Assembly: GCA_016195685.1 (NCBI GenBank)
Contig: JACPZE010000044.1
Span: forward strand, 633 to 64,632
Source: Candidatus Gottesmanbacteria bacterium
GTDB taxonomy: Bacteria > Patescibacteriota > Microgenomatia > 2-02-FULL-39-11
DNA: 64,000 bases
Direction: 5' to 3'
Shown here: in pieces, positions 53,960 through 64,000 of the stretch
How positions within the stretch are numbered: position 1 is the first letter of the stretch
Layout of the letters: every line of letters starts with the position of its first letter
Translations under genes and position numbers: made by a program
Notes under the pieces: generated by a model
Database searches by the model: none
The model's input: the letters and a program-made list of their open reading frames with translations, nothing else
Told to the model about the DNA's origin: nothing

Positions 53960-54840
53960 TTCCTTACCTTACTTGCGGACAAATACTTGTCTTTACGAAG
54001 ATCGTTTTTATCAAAAAGATGCATATTTTCCTGATAATATCTGTAGAGTTCGGTTACACTATCCATATAAGGAGTAAATTTAAGATTGGAAATAGTCCTT
54101 TTCAATCGTTTGTTGTCCCCCGTATATTCATAATTTTCTCCTTTATTCTTAACTGAAATTTCCAGGTCTTTTCCGGATATTTCTCTGATCATCTGAGCAA
54201 GTTGGGAGATTTTTATGGATCTATCAGGGATAATATTGTAGTCTGGGTAAGGAGATTGATGGGTGAGGAAGTAATCGCAAATTGCAACCAAATCCGTAAT
54301 ATAAAGATAGTCAAAAACTACATCCTGTTTGATGATTATTGGAAGGCCGAAGAGAGTTTTGGCAATTGTATTGGATATAAATTTGAAGCGATAATCTTCA
54401 TATTTACCATATACACCGAAAAGCCTTAGTGTAATGATTTTATTATAATTTTTTGATATTTCGCTACAAATATATTTAGCTAATCCGTAGGGATCTTTTG
54501 GAATTCTTTCTCCCCAATGGGTTTCCTTAACCTTTATCAAATCTCTGGATTTATCATATTCAGCTCCTGAGCCGAAGTGGATGAATTTTTGTAAAGAGCT
54601 TAAGTTTCCAAGGATACTTAAATACATCCGAAGAGTTGTTTCAAGGACGTCACCATCGCCTTTTATTGCACAATGGATGACAGCATCGATTTTATTTTTC
54701 TTTATATATTGTTCGACGGCTCGAAAATTAGTTAATTCAAGTTCCTTATGGGAAGGAACAAAAACAGTATATTTTTTTCGATATGCTTCAGAAAGGTTTT
54801 TTCCGATAAAACCAGAACCACCTGTGATTAAAACTCTCAT
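53956..54840 (-). CDS. NAD-dependent epimerase/reductase
   Basis: GGSGFIG, FGSGAEY, YGLAKY. Confidence 0.85.
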   Translation of the reverse strand: MRVLITGGSGFIGKNLSEAYRKKYTVFVPSHKELELTNFRAVEQYIKKNKIDAVIHCAIKGDGDVLETTLRMYLSILGNLSSLQKFIHFGSGAEYDKSRDLIKVKETHWGERIPKDPYGLAKYICSEISKNYNKIITLRLFGVYGKYEDYRFKFISNTIAKTLFGLPIIIKQDVVFDYLYITDLVAICDYFLTHQSPYPDYNIIPDRSIKISQLAQMIREISGKDLEISVKNKGENYEYTGDNKRLKRTISNLKFTPYMDSVTELYRYYQENMHLFDKNDLRKDKYLSASKVRK

Positions 54841-56636
54841 ACTTTTCCCTTATCAAATAAATGCATGTTCTTTTGGATTTCTTCTCGGGGCAGGAATGGA
54901 TACATATCCTCCAGCGGTTTTGATTCTAACGTACCATCAGGTCTTTTGAAAGATGCTGTTTTGGGATTTCTGCCTTGAGTGGGAGATAGATTGATTTCGC
55001 AAATTGTAGGAGAGGAAGTAGTCAGAACTTTCTTTAATTTAGGAGTTAATTCATTATTATTATGAATTATTTCATAATCCATATGATATGCTTGGGCCAA
55101 TTGGGCAAAATCAGGATTAACAACCCCAGATCTTTTATCGGCTCCCACAAAGCGGCTGGAGAAATAATTAGTTTGAGTTGAGCGGATTGATTCGTAGCCT
55201 TCATTGTTTAAGATAAAGATCTTGATTGGAAGTTTATAATAACTAATGGTATTTAATTCTTGGATGTTAAACTGTATGCTACCATCTCCTGTAACCAGTA
55301 TTGTCCTTTTTCTTTTATTGCCCACACATGCACCGATTGCACTTGGAAGACACCAGCCCATTGGGCCTAAGTTTGCATTTGTATAAGCCCGTTGCTCCTT
55401 TTTCACCCTCAATGCCTGATAAAGTCCGATGGCATCGAGGGAATTGCCGGTCACTACTGTGTCGTGGTTTGTCAGTAAATCAGATAGTTTATCAAATAAG
55501 ACATAGGAGTTGACATGTTTTTTATCTTTGAAAAATTCCGGTATGATATCGGGATATTTCTTCCTCCAGTATTTCATTGTATCGATCCATTGTTTGACTG
55601 GTTTTAATTTATAATTTTCCATTTGGCACAATAGTTCGACTATAAATTCTTTGGCATCAGATTCTATCGCTAAATCAATCTTGAGTGTATTTTTGGTTAA
55701 TTCTTCTTTATCAATATTTACCATTATTTTGGTAGCCTTTGGCGCAAACCCTTTGAAGTTAAATCCAGTGGAGGAAATATTAAGACTTGCTCCTATGCTT
55801 AAAATAAGATCAGAATTCTGCAAGGCAAAGTTGCCACGCCTTTGTCCTACTGGTCCGAATTTACCTGCAAGAAGAGGGTGACTGTATGGAATAAGATCTA
55901 ATCCGTTAAAAGGTAAAAGTATGGGAATGTTTAATTTATTTACTAGCTTATCAATCAGATCCTCTCCATGGGCCAACCTTACTCCATTACCAAGAATCAT
56001 AACCGGTCTTTTTGCTTTTTGTAACATTTTTATAGTTTGAATTGCCTTTTTTCTCACATCCGAAGCAGTTTCCCTTTTTGCAGGAGGCATAAACAGTTTC
56101 AATTTATTCTCATTAATATAGCTTCCCTGAACATCCAGAGGAATATTAAGCCATATAGGACCTGGTTTTCCTGTTATTGCCAGAAAATAAGCTTTTTCAA
56201 GATGGTAACGGATTTTTTGGGGATCCATTACTGTTTCGGCATATTTAGTGATGGGTTTGACGATATCAATGATGTTTATTTCCTGGGGTCCGAGTTGTCT
56301 AAGTTTTTTGTAATCGGCAATTATTTCTCTTCTGACTTGACCGGAGATCACAATCATAGGGATTGAATCAAGATATGCGCCAGCTACTCCGGTAATTGCA
56401 TTTGTACCCCCAGGACCGGTGGTCACGAGACAGGCAGATATATGATTAGTCATTCTGGCATAACTCTCAGCACATATTGCGGAGGCCTGTTCGTGGTAGT
56501 TAGATATATATTTAATTTTCTTGTTTCGCCCCACAGAATCAATAAGATGCATAATCCCACCTCCTGACACCAGAAAAATATCCCTGATGCCTTTTTCAAC
56601 TAAAAAATTGATGACGTAGTCGGAAAGCTTAATCAC
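54837..56636 (-). CDS. TPP-dependent acetolactate-synthase-like enzyme (YerE-like)
   Basis: GGGIMHLIDS, HEQA, TTGPGGTN, GDGSIQFNIQEL, NNEGY. Confidence 0.85.
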   Translation of the reverse strand: MIKLSDYVINFLVEKGIRDIFLVSGGGIMHLIDSVGRNKKIKYISNYHEQASAICAESYARMTNHISACLVTTGPGGTNAITGVAGAYLDSIPMIVISGQVRREIIADYKKLRQLGPQEINIIDIVKPITKYAETVMDPQKIRYHLEKAYFLAITGKPGPIWLNIPLDVQGSYINENKLKLFMPPAKRETASDVRKKAIQTIKMLQKAKRPVMILGNGVRLAHGEDLIDKLVNKLNIPILLPFNGLDLIPYSHPLLAGKFGPVGQRRGNFALQNSDLILSIGASLNISSTGFNFKGFAPKATKIMVNIDKEELTKNTLKIDLAIESDAKEFIVELLCQMENYKLKPVKQWIDTMKYWRKKYPDIIPEFFKDKKHVNSYVLFDKLSDLLTNHDTVVTGNSLDAIGLYQALRVKKEQRAYTNANLGPMGWCLPSAIGACVGNKRKRTILVTGDGSIQFNIQELNTISYYKLPIKIFILNNEGYESIRSTQTNYFSSRFVGADKRSGVVNPDFAQLAQAYHMDYEIIHNNNELTPKLKKVLTTSSPTICEINLSPTQGRNPKTASFKRPDGTLESKPLEDMYPFLPREEIQKNMHLFDKGKV

Positions 56637-56644
56637 GTTACTTA

Positions 56645-57868
56645 TTATTTATATTTAGATAAGAACTTCATGATAATTTTTTTCACATACGCAATCTCTT
56701 CATTGCCAATTGCCGGATATACTCCTAGCCAAAAAGCATCGTTCATGACTATATCGGCATTGACTATTTTTCCAGCAGTTTTATACTTGATTTCTTTGTA
56801 TGCTGGATGCCGAAGTAGATTGCCGGAGAAGATATTGCGGGTACCAATATTGTTCATCTCTAAATATTCGGTCAATTCATTGCGAGTGAAGGGTGCAAGG
56901 GGATTAACTATAATCGGAAACCCAAACCAGCAGGGGTCTTCTTTTTTTGATAATTTCATGAGGTTAAAATATTTAGAGTACTTTGCGAAAAATTCATAAT
57001 ATTGTCGGTAATTATCTTTTCTTTTTTTGATAAAGTAGGGGAGTTTCTTAAGCTGTGCTAGACCAATGGCGGCTTGAAAATCTGTAAGTTTGAGGTTAAA
57101 TCCAATTTGGGAATAGATATATTTATGGTCGTAGCCAAAAGGAATTTCTCCCATTTTCCATCCAAATCTTTTCCTGCAGGTATTATCTTTCCCTGTATCA
57201 CACCAGCAGTCCCGTCCCCAATCCCGGAATTGCCTTATGGATCTATGAATAAATGGATTATTCGTGATAACTGAGCCACCTTCTCCCATGGTAATCTGAT
57301 GGGCGGGATAATAAGAAAATGTGGCAATATCACCAAAAGTGCCGACTAGTCTACCGTCATATTTTGATCCAAGAGCATCGCAACAATCTTCAATGAGCCA
57401 AAGGTTATATTTTTTCGCAAGCGCAACAATTTTTTCAAGGTTAAAAGGCATACCCAGAGTATGTGCAGCCATGATGAGTTTAGTTTTCTTGGTGATAACT
57501 TTCTCAATTTTGGAGACATCAATATTTAAATTGCGCAGATCACAGTCGACAAAAATTGGGGTAAGTCCGTAAAATATTCCCGGATTTACAGTAGTAGGGA
57601 AAGCAACAGAGGTGGTTATATATTCATCACCTGGTTTTAATCTTTTCTTATCAAAGACTTTGGATGTAAGTGAAGCAAGGGCTACCAGATTAGCGGATGA
57701 GCCAGAATTTACCAAAGATACATATCTTACCTCCATGAATTTCGAGAAATCTTTCTCAAACCTTTTTGCAAATTCACCTTCAGTCCACCAGCCATCTTTC
57801 GCAACTTTTATAGCATTATTTATTTCCTCAATATCAAAAACCTTGCCAGATACAGGAATATATTTCAT
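56645..57868 (-). CDS. rfbH: CDP-4-keto-6-deoxyglucose 3-dehydratase (E1, RfbH/DdhC)
   Basis: NSGSSANL; YPAHQITMGEGG (His replacing the Schiff-base Lys); DWGRDCWC..G.DNTC; GYDHKY. Confidence 0.92.
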   Translation of the reverse strand: MKYIPVSGKVFDIEEINNAIKVAKDGWWTEGEFAKRFEKDFSKFMEVRYVSLVNSGSSANLVALASLTSKVFDKKRLKPGDEYITTSVAFPTTVNPGIFYGLTPIFVDCDLRNLNIDVSKIEKVITKKTKLIMAAHTLGMPFNLEKIVALAKKYNLWLIEDCCDALGSKYDGRLVGTFGDIATFSYYPAHQITMGEGGSVITNNPFIHRSIRQFRDWGRDCWCDTGKDNTCRKRFGWKMGEIPFGYDHKYIYSQIGFNLKLTDFQAAIGLAQLKKLPYFIKKRKDNYRQYYEFFAKYSKYFNLMKLSKKEDPCWFGFPIIVNPLAPFTRNELTEYLEMNNIGTRNIFSGNLLRHPAYKEIKYKTAGKIVNADIVMNDAFWLGVYPAIGNEEIAYVKKIIMKFLSKYK

Positions 57869-57918
57869 ATGTCTTCTCTAATTGTTCTGTATTATAGTAT
57901 AAATACCATAGAGAAAAA

Positions 57919-59682
57919 ATGAATCTTCTCGTTTTTACCACATTTATAGTCCTTGTTTACCTCCTGTCTTATCTGCCTGGTCGATTAATAGTACAGTTAT
58001 TACCATTAAAAAGTAACGAGAAATTTGTTTTAAGTTTCGGAGTTTCCTTCTTTTTATATTATCTTTTGGGCTTTTTCCAGTATATTTTTAATTTCCCTTT
58101 TTTCTGGGGGTATTTGTTTCTTCTTTCCCTCGTCATTTGTTTATCTTTTTTCCTATATACAAATAAAAAATTGTCGTTGCCGAGTTTGGAGATTAAACTG
58201 CTGGGCATCTTTTTTTTAGGATTTCTCTTCGTTACCTCTATCCAGGCACTTCAACCTTACTATTCAGGTGGTGGATCGTATTGGGATTGGTATGAATACT
58301 ACTTCCGGAGTCAATTCTTCTTTAACCATCTGTCCCCCTTCACTGCGATAGGAAATACTTTCTTACCTCAAAGAATGCCTCTTTACCACGGGGCCACTTC
58401 TTTTTTTATGTCGATATTTGGTAATGGTTTTTGGGTAATTCAACCAATTAATTCATTGTTCAATATGAGTGCTCTTCTATCCTGTTTTTTGATTTGTTCA
58501 GAGTATTTACTTCCAAAAAAGAGGCAGATAACACTTTTTATCATCGTTATGTCTCTACTTCTTCTCAATCTTCATTTTGTAGCCCAAAGTACTTATCCAT
58601 GGACGAAGGCAATGACTGCATATTATATACTTGTCGGACTTTACTTTTTCTTAAAGAATTATAAGGAAAAGAGTAAACTATCAATTTATTTAGGATTGAT
58701 CTTTTTGGCCATGGGACATCTGGTCCATCAAGTATCCTTTACTTATATTTTTGTGGTTGCTTTAGGTTTCCTTATCGTATCAATAAAACACAAGCAGTTT
58801 ACACACTTTTTCCTTGCTTTACTTATTCACCTAATTTTATTATCGACCTGGTATATATGGGCATATTTTACATTCGGAAGTTCTTTAACAATAGCCTCAG
58901 CACAGATTGTCACGGAAACGAAAAACATACCAATTGGCGCGAAATTGGACATCCTGTTTTATGATGTAGAGCAAACAGTCTTACCGGTATTAAACCAATA
59001 TTCTTGGAACAAAATATCGAATGATAAAAACTTTTTTGTATTTTTTTATGATTTTGTTTATCTATTTTGGGGCGCCACAATGCCTTCAGCTATCAGTTTC
59101 TCGGTATCTATACCCTTAATCTATTTCACGTCTATTAAACTTATTTATATTGTGAGGTCTGGATTTCATCATTTTAAAATAAAATTCGATCATATAATCT
59201 TAGCGTTTTTTATCCTCTCAGGATTTTTACCGCTTTGGTATTCTACTAAAGGTAGTGGAGCTGCGGGACTTATGCTACTGCCTTCAACTTTACTCTTAAT
59301 ATGTTTTGGTGTTTATGCAATCAATCATTTTGCAAAAAAGATTGGAAGTAAGTTTATATATTTATTCTCTTTTTTTATAATAATTGAGTCTATGATAGGA
59401 GTCGGTACCAAAGCACTGGTTCCTAAATTTTTCTTAGACCCCAATGTCAACAAAGATATCGATATGAAAAGAGATTTATATGATCTTTCGCAAGATCAGC
59501 AATATAAGGGATTTGCTGTGCATTTAAAAAATTACACATTAAAAACTGACAATCATCTAATTTTGCTTTATGATAAATTTGCCGATTTGCAACCGTTTTT
59601 TGTCCTGGTATTTATAACATTATGGATTACACTGGTCGGTATGTTAGTGAGGAGTTTATTTATCTTGGCCCATCAGGATTAA
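57919..59682 (+). CDS. Polytopic membrane protein, GT-C-like
   Basis: DW.EY..R, R.PL, TYPWTK; many TMs. Confidence 0.65.
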   Translation: MNLLVFTTFIVLVYLLSYLPGRLIVQLLPLKSNEKFVLSFGVSFFLYYLLGFFQYIFNFPFFWGYLFLLSLVICLSFFLYTNKKLSLPSLEIKLLGIFFLGFLFVTSIQALQPYYSGGGSYWDWYEYYFRSQFFFNHLSPFTAIGNTFLPQRMPLYHGATSFFMSIFGNGFWVIQPINSLFNMSALLSCFLICSEYLLPKKRQITLFIIVMSLLLLNLHFVAQSTYPWTKAMTAYYILVGLYFFLKNYKEKSKLSIYLGLIFLAMGHLVHQVSFTYIFVVALGFLIVSIKHKQFTHFFLALLIHLILLSTWYIWAYFTFGSSLTIASAQIVTETKNIPIGAKLDILFYDVEQTVLPVLNQYSWNKISNDKNFFVFFYDFVYLFWGATMPSAISFSVSIPLIYFTSIKLIYIVRSGFHHFKIKFDHIILAFFILSGFLPLWYSTKGSGAAGLMLLPSTLLLICFGVYAINHFAKKIGSKFIYLFSFFIIIESMIGVGTKALVPKFFLDPNVNKDIDMKRDLYDLSQDQQYKGFAVHLKNYTLKTDNHLILLYDKFADLQPFFVLVFITLWITLVGMLVRSLFILAHQD

Positions 59683-59692
59683 TAATTTATAA

Positions 59693-61717
59693 ATGAAAGC
59701 TCTTCTGTTTATTTCATCTATTATTCTGTCCATATTTGCATTTGTTGCTATTTCATTCTTCTTACTAAAAAGCCGTCCGGGTGAAATCGAAATGCAACTT
59801 GCTCACAACACTCCTCTTTTTGTGAATGGTCGTTTGGATCTTGCTCCTGAACCGGGAGAAAGAAGAATTTTTCTCTTTGGATTAGTATTTCTTCCACTTA
59901 TTTCCGTTGCGAATTATTTGATACTTGTAAATCTTACAAAAAGAAAAGACAAGTATCTGAAATTTATTGAAAATCCATACCTCAATTTTTTTGTTGCAGA
60001 AGTTTCTTTGATTTTGATTTTTCTATTAAGCTTCAATATCATTTTAGATTTATTTCGTACAAAAGAACAAAATATTTACCTTATTTTTCATCCACCCTTT
60101 TATTATCTACTGGCGTTTATTGCGATCGGTATCTATATTTTTGCCAGTAGAATATTTTCGAAAGTTAAAAGCATGGTTTTTTTACTCTTTGGATTGGGAA
60201 TAATCATTCTCAGTTCGGTCTATCCCTTGATGCCGGAAAGATATTTTTTTGCTGATTGGTCCATGACGCATCATTTTGATCAGGTTTTTGGTCTAATAAT
60301 ACAGGCGATACATGGTAGGACTTCATTGGTTGATTTTGTTTCTCAATATGGCGTGATTTATCCACATGTTGCAGAAATATTTTTGAAATTCGTACCGTTT
60401 AATTTCCTCAATACCCATATATTTTTCATCTTGCTTATAATTTTCTCATTTGTATTTCTTTACCTGGCAATAGGATCTAAATCGGGCTTCACATCAATTT
60501 ATTCTTTGCTTATTCTTCTGGCTCTATTGGGTATATCGCAGCCTGTGTACTTTGCCCTTGGCTTAAGAAATCCAATCGGGTCGTTATATTATCAATATCT
60601 CCCCATACGGGTCATAACAGGTTCATTTTTCCTTTGTTTTGTACTCTGGTACTTAAAAAAAGAATCAAAGTTAGGCTATATCCTAGGATTTCTCATCATG
60701 GCGATTAGTCTACTTTGGAATGCTGATACTGGAGTAGTGATATGTGGGGCATGGATAACTTTACTTTGCTACAATACTCTCTCAAAATACAAATTCAGCC
60801 TGAAAAGTTTACGGCGGTGTTTAACTCATTTTTTCTTAGCTATAACATCCATAGTCTTAGCGATAGCTGCTTTCAGTCTTTTTGCGTATATAAGATCAGG
60901 AAGTTGGCCTAATTGGAACGGTCTTTTTGAATTTGTGCAAATCTATTACATCGCAGGTGATTTCATGGCGCCAATGCCGCTAGTAGGTTTATGGTATTTT
61001 CCTGTCTTTATTTACCTTGCTTTCTCTGTTCACAGTTTACTTGGGTTATTCACGGGCAAGACCAACTATTGGACAAAATTCTATTTATTCCTTAGTATCT
61101 ACGGAGCCGGAATTTTCGCCTATTACCAGGGAAGGAGTTTCGTTTCAAATCTCCAGGTTGTGATATATCCTGCTATTTTGCTATCTGGATTTTATTTATA
61201 TGATTTTCTTTTAAAGTATGATTTCTCTTTCGGTAAACTTAAAGTACTTTTCTCACATTGGGGTTTCCACTGGTATTTAGTCGCTGCAATTCCAATGATA
61301 TTTCTATTGAGTCATGGGATTTTAAACGTAATAGTCTGGTCCGTTCCGGCGATAGGGAATTTCCAGATGCATTGGAAGAATCCTCCCGCCGTCGTTGAAC
61401 TTGCGAATCAAATTGAAAAAAGATCGGAGTATGTAAGGGCTAATTTGAAATCAGATAAAATTATGATCATTGCTGAAGATGCTTCGTATATTCATTTACA
61501 CACGCAAACCTACTCTAGCTTGCCTTACGGATTTTATCTTGAAGTCGGTTTAACTTCTCAAGCTGATGCATTAAAAAAACTTATAAAAAGTCATAAAGTT
61601 GATCAGGTCTTTGTGGATTATAACTGGAGTAATTGGACAGGCTATAAGCTAGCTCAATATCTCACGCTAGGGGAGACTGATCAAAATTATTTACAAAAAT
61701 TCTACACGCTCCCATAA
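59693..61717 (+). CDS. Polytopic membrane protein, GT-C-like
   Basis: G.T.LVDF.SQYG, WN.DTG; many TMs. Confidence 0.65.
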   Translation: MKALLFISSIILSIFAFVAISFFLLKSRPGEIEMQLAHNTPLFVNGRLDLAPEPGERRIFLFGLVFLPLISVANYLILVNLTKRKDKYLKFIENPYLNFFVAEVSLILIFLLSFNIILDLFRTKEQNIYLIFHPPFYYLLAFIAIGIYIFASRIFSKVKSMVFLLFGLGIIILSSVYPLMPERYFFADWSMTHHFDQVFGLIIQAIHGRTSLVDFVSQYGVIYPHVAEIFLKFVPFNFLNTHIFFILLIIFSFVFLYLAIGSKSGFTSIYSLLILLALLGISQPVYFALGLRNPIGSLYYQYLPIRVITGSFFLCFVLWYLKKESKLGYILGFLIMAISLLWNADTGVVICGAWITLLCYNTLSKYKFSLKSLRRCLTHFFLAITSIVLAIAAFSLFAYIRSGSWPNWNGLFEFVQIYYIAGDFMAPMPLVGLWYFPVFIYLAFSVHSLLGLFTGKTNYWTKFYLFLSIYGAGIFAYYQGRSFVSNLQVVIYPAILLSGFYLYDFLLKYDFSFGKLKVLFSHWGFHWYLVAAIPMIFLLSHGILNVIVWSVPAIGNFQMHWKNPPAVVELANQIEKRSEYVRANLKSDKIMIIAEDASYIHLHTQTYSSLPYGFYLEVGLTSQADALKKLIKSHKVDQVFVDYNWSNWTGYKLAQYLTLGETDQNYLQKFYTLP

Positions 61718-61722
61718 CTTAA

Positions 61723-62445
61723 GTGAAATCTATCGTTACTAAACATTTTGATAATATAGCCTCACAATATGATTATTATAAGAAAAAAAACTCATTTTAT
61801 TATTCTTCACTCAAACTTTTGCTTCACGGACTAATTCCTCCAGACAAAAATATATTGGAAATAGGATGTGGCACTGGAGATATACTTTCATTCCTTAAAC
61901 CAAAATTAGGAGTGGGAATAGATATAAGCAGCAAAATGATTGATATAGCGAGAAAAAAATATCCTATGGAAAATTTACATTTCGTAACTAGTCCGATCGA
62001 CTCATATAAGACTCAATTACAATTCGATTATATCCTCATGGCAGATGTGGTTGAGCATCTAACTGATATAGATAAAAGTTTTAAATTTATCTCCAAGCTG
62101 ACCACTCACGATACGATTTTTATAAATACGATGATAAATCCTATCTGGGAGCCACTCCTTGCGGCAGCTGAGAAGTTAAATATGAAAATGCCCGAAGGTC
62201 CTCATAAAAGGATATCATTTGAATATTTGAAGGAAATAGCCAGTATCCATGGGCTAAAAATTATCACCCATTCTTATTTTCTACTTTGCCCAATTGAAAT
62301 ACCGTTTGTTACGAGGATTTTAAATAGTATTATCGAACCATATTTAAGAAAGTTTACTTTTATCGAATACTTCACCGCTACTAGATCGCTTTCATCTTCC
62401 AAAAAGCGTTCCAACTTACCCAAAGAAGCACGATTGCATTCCTGA
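61723..62445 (+). CDS. Class I SAM-dependent methyltransferase
   Basis: ILEIGCGTG, GIDISSKMI, FDYI...DVVEHL. Confidence 0.88.
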   Translation: MKSIVTKHFDNIASQYDYYKKKNSFYYSSLKLLLHGLIPPDKNILEIGCGTGDILSFLKPKLGVGIDISSKMIDIARKKYPMENLHFVTSPIDSYKTQLQFDYILMADVVEHLTDIDKSFKFISKLTTHDTIFINTMINPIWEPLLAAAEKLNMKMPEGPHKRISFEYLKEIASIHGLKIITHSYFLLCPIEIPFVTRILNSIIEPYLRKFTFIEYFTATRSLSSSKKRSNLPKEARLHS

Positions 62446-63796
62446 CCCGCTTAATATTTGTTTTACCATAGACTCTGGCTTTATAACGTATGGGTATTTC
62501 TATGGATTTCAGATGCAATTTACTTGCACCGAACAGGAGATCAAAATCTCCAAATGGATCAAAATCTCCAAAATACGAACGCATTTTTTTGATTTTCTGG
62601 TAATCAGATCTCCAAAATACTTTTGTTCCACATAAAGTATCCGTCACTTTATGCTCAAGTAACCATGTGAACAGAACTCCAAAAAAGTAATTTCCTAAAA
62701 GATTAAGCAGTCTCATGGAATTATTTTCCATTGGATAGGTGAGTCTAGAACCACTTATCATTTCGCCTTTACCATCGACTAGTGCCTGATAAAATCTTGG
62801 TAGATCTTCAGGGATGACAGACAGATCAGCATCAAGAATCATGAGAATATCACTTTTCGCAGCCTCACATCCTCTATACACCGCTAATTTTTTCCCTTTT
62901 TCCTTATCTTGAATCAGCAATTCGATATTTTTCTTTGGAAATTTTTTTATCACCCGGTGCATTTCCTCGCGTGTTTTGTCTGTTGAATGATCTTCTATCA
63001 TCACTATTTCTGTACCACTTCCCATTTCTGGGATACGGCGTATTGCGTCTTCAATTGTTCCTTTTTCATTTCTAGCCGGCATTATAACCGAGCATGAATA
63101 CTTTCTTCCCCCCAAGCGACTCACTGGTTTTGCAACTAAAATATTGTTTAGGCAAAGATTTTTCACCCATGGCAATTTAGCAATAAATCTGTTTAGAATT
63201 TCTGAAATCATAGGAATATATAAAGGAAAAAGCATACGCTTGCTTCTTCTTATCACTTCAAAATCTGCCAGGTAAAGCATGTTTTCAATAGCACTCGCCG
63301 GTAACCAATTTTTGTATATTTGTGGAGTCTTCAAATGCATAATTTCAGCTAATCTAAGAATGTAATGCCAAAAATAATTATAGTTGTCGATGATGATGCG
63401 GGATCTTTGATGTGTAACTTTCGCAAGCTTTCGGAAAAATTCTTCTATATCATCCAAATCACCAATAAGTCCTGATATTATGATGTAATCAAATTTGTCC
63501 TTCATTTGTAGGTGTTGGGCGTCCATCAGACGAAACTTCAATTTGGGATATTTTTGTTTTGCGCTCCTTATCATGCCGGGGCTAATGTCGATCCCCATTC
63601 CTATTTTGGGTTTAAGTGATGCTAATAGATGGCCCGTACCGCAACCTACTTCCAGCACAGAACTTCCTTCCGGGACTAAAAAACGGTAATATTTGATTAA
63701 ATCGTTGTTGTAATAGCGGTTAAGATGGAAGAACCAGTCACGCCGGCGGGAATGTTTGTCGTAAAATGAAACGGCAGGATTGCTATTTTTCTTCAT
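62381..63796 (-). CDS. Methyltransferase-GT2 fusion protein
   Basis: VLEVGCGTG; PARNEKG, ILDADL, DTLCGTK, DPFGDFDLLFGA. Confidence 0.88.
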   Translation of the reverse strand: MKKNSNPAVSFYDKHSRRRDWFFHLNRYYNNDLIKYYRFLVPEGSSVLEVGCGTGHLLASLKPKIGMGIDISPGMIRSAKQKYPKLKFRLMDAQHLQMKDKFDYIIISGLIGDLDDIEEFFRKLAKVTHQRSRIIIDNYNYFWHYILRLAEIMHLKTPQIYKNWLPASAIENMLYLADFEVIRRSKRMLFPLYIPMISEILNRFIAKLPWVKNLCLNNILVAKPVSRLGGRKYSCSVIMPARNEKGTIEDAIRRIPEMGSGTEIVMIEDHSTDKTREEMHRVIKKFPKKNIELLIQDKEKGKKLAVYRGCEAAKSDILMILDADLSVIPEDLPRFYQALVDGKGEMISGSRLTYPMENNSMRLLNLLGNYFFGVLFTWLLEHKVTDTLCGTKVFWRSDYQKIKKMRSYFGDFDPFGDFDLLFGASKLHLKSIEIPIRYKARVYGKTNIKRVRNAIVLLWVSWNAFWKMKAI

Positions 63797-64000
63797 CAGA
63801 AATATTTCAAATACCAACGGTAAATTTCGTTTATTGTTGTCTGGAGGGAATATTTAGGCTGCCAGCCTAGGGTTTTTCTGATTTTTGACCAATCCAGCGA
63901 CTGGTAAGGAATTTCGTTTTTGGGAATATTGAGGATTTTATATTTCAATGGTTTACGAAGAATTCCAGTGAGGACTTTTATAAGTTCCAATACGTTGTAA
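63796..64000 (-). CDS. C-terminus of a nucleotide-sugar dehydratase/epimerase (partial)
   Basis: EIPYQSLDWSKIRKTLGWQPKYSL...Y.WY. Confidence 0.75.
   Translation of the reverse strand, partial: YNVLELIKVLTGILRKPLKYKILNIPKNEIPYQSLDWSKIRKTLGWQPKYSLQTTINEIYRWYLKYF

Noticed and set aside
62539-62573. GATCAAAATCTCCAAA direct repeat
   Set aside because: Encodes the FGDFDPFGDFD motif native to this GT2 family.
1-64000. CRISPR array or cas genes
   Set aside because: No regularly spaced identical repeats with unique spacers; the tandem tracts have no spacers.
1-64000. Alternative genetic code (UGA recoding)
   Set aside because: Conserved genes are full length in code 11, and TGA serves as stop in ATGA overlaps.

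Overview
AT-rich bacterial DNA in the standard genetic code. The gene content resembles a CPR/Patescibacteria (Microgenomates-like) genome; this taxonomy is an inference. In order: GT-C membrane glycosyltransferases and a UbiA/DPPR-synthase-like gene; a type IV pilin operon; a promoter-driven ~175-nt hairpin RNA upstream of rho; a LysM/M23 peptidase; two divergent tRNA-Ala genes flanking an HTH-LAGLIDADG-like ORF; two tandem decayed mini-islands integrated at the tRNA-Ala(GGC) 3' end; an sxtIJK-like carbamoyltransferase trio; nrtR-nadC-nadA-nadB; vapBC; many membrane glycosyltransferases; and a pseudaminic-acid/branched-sugar locus. The most unusual signal is a layer of non-genic DNA inside and between genes. 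(i) One palindromic element family has 4 copies with conserved ACGGGTCCTGCCG...CCCGT arms and exchangeable, nested inner hairpins; all are sense to the host mRNA and two are translated in frame in the same frame. (ii) nadB carries two further palindromic in-frame inserts. (iii) About 20 heptamer/octamer microsatellite tracts occur, most of them in frame. A second notable system is a serine-recombinase element whose att site lies inside the recombinase 3' end, so integration would swap the enzyme's C-terminus.
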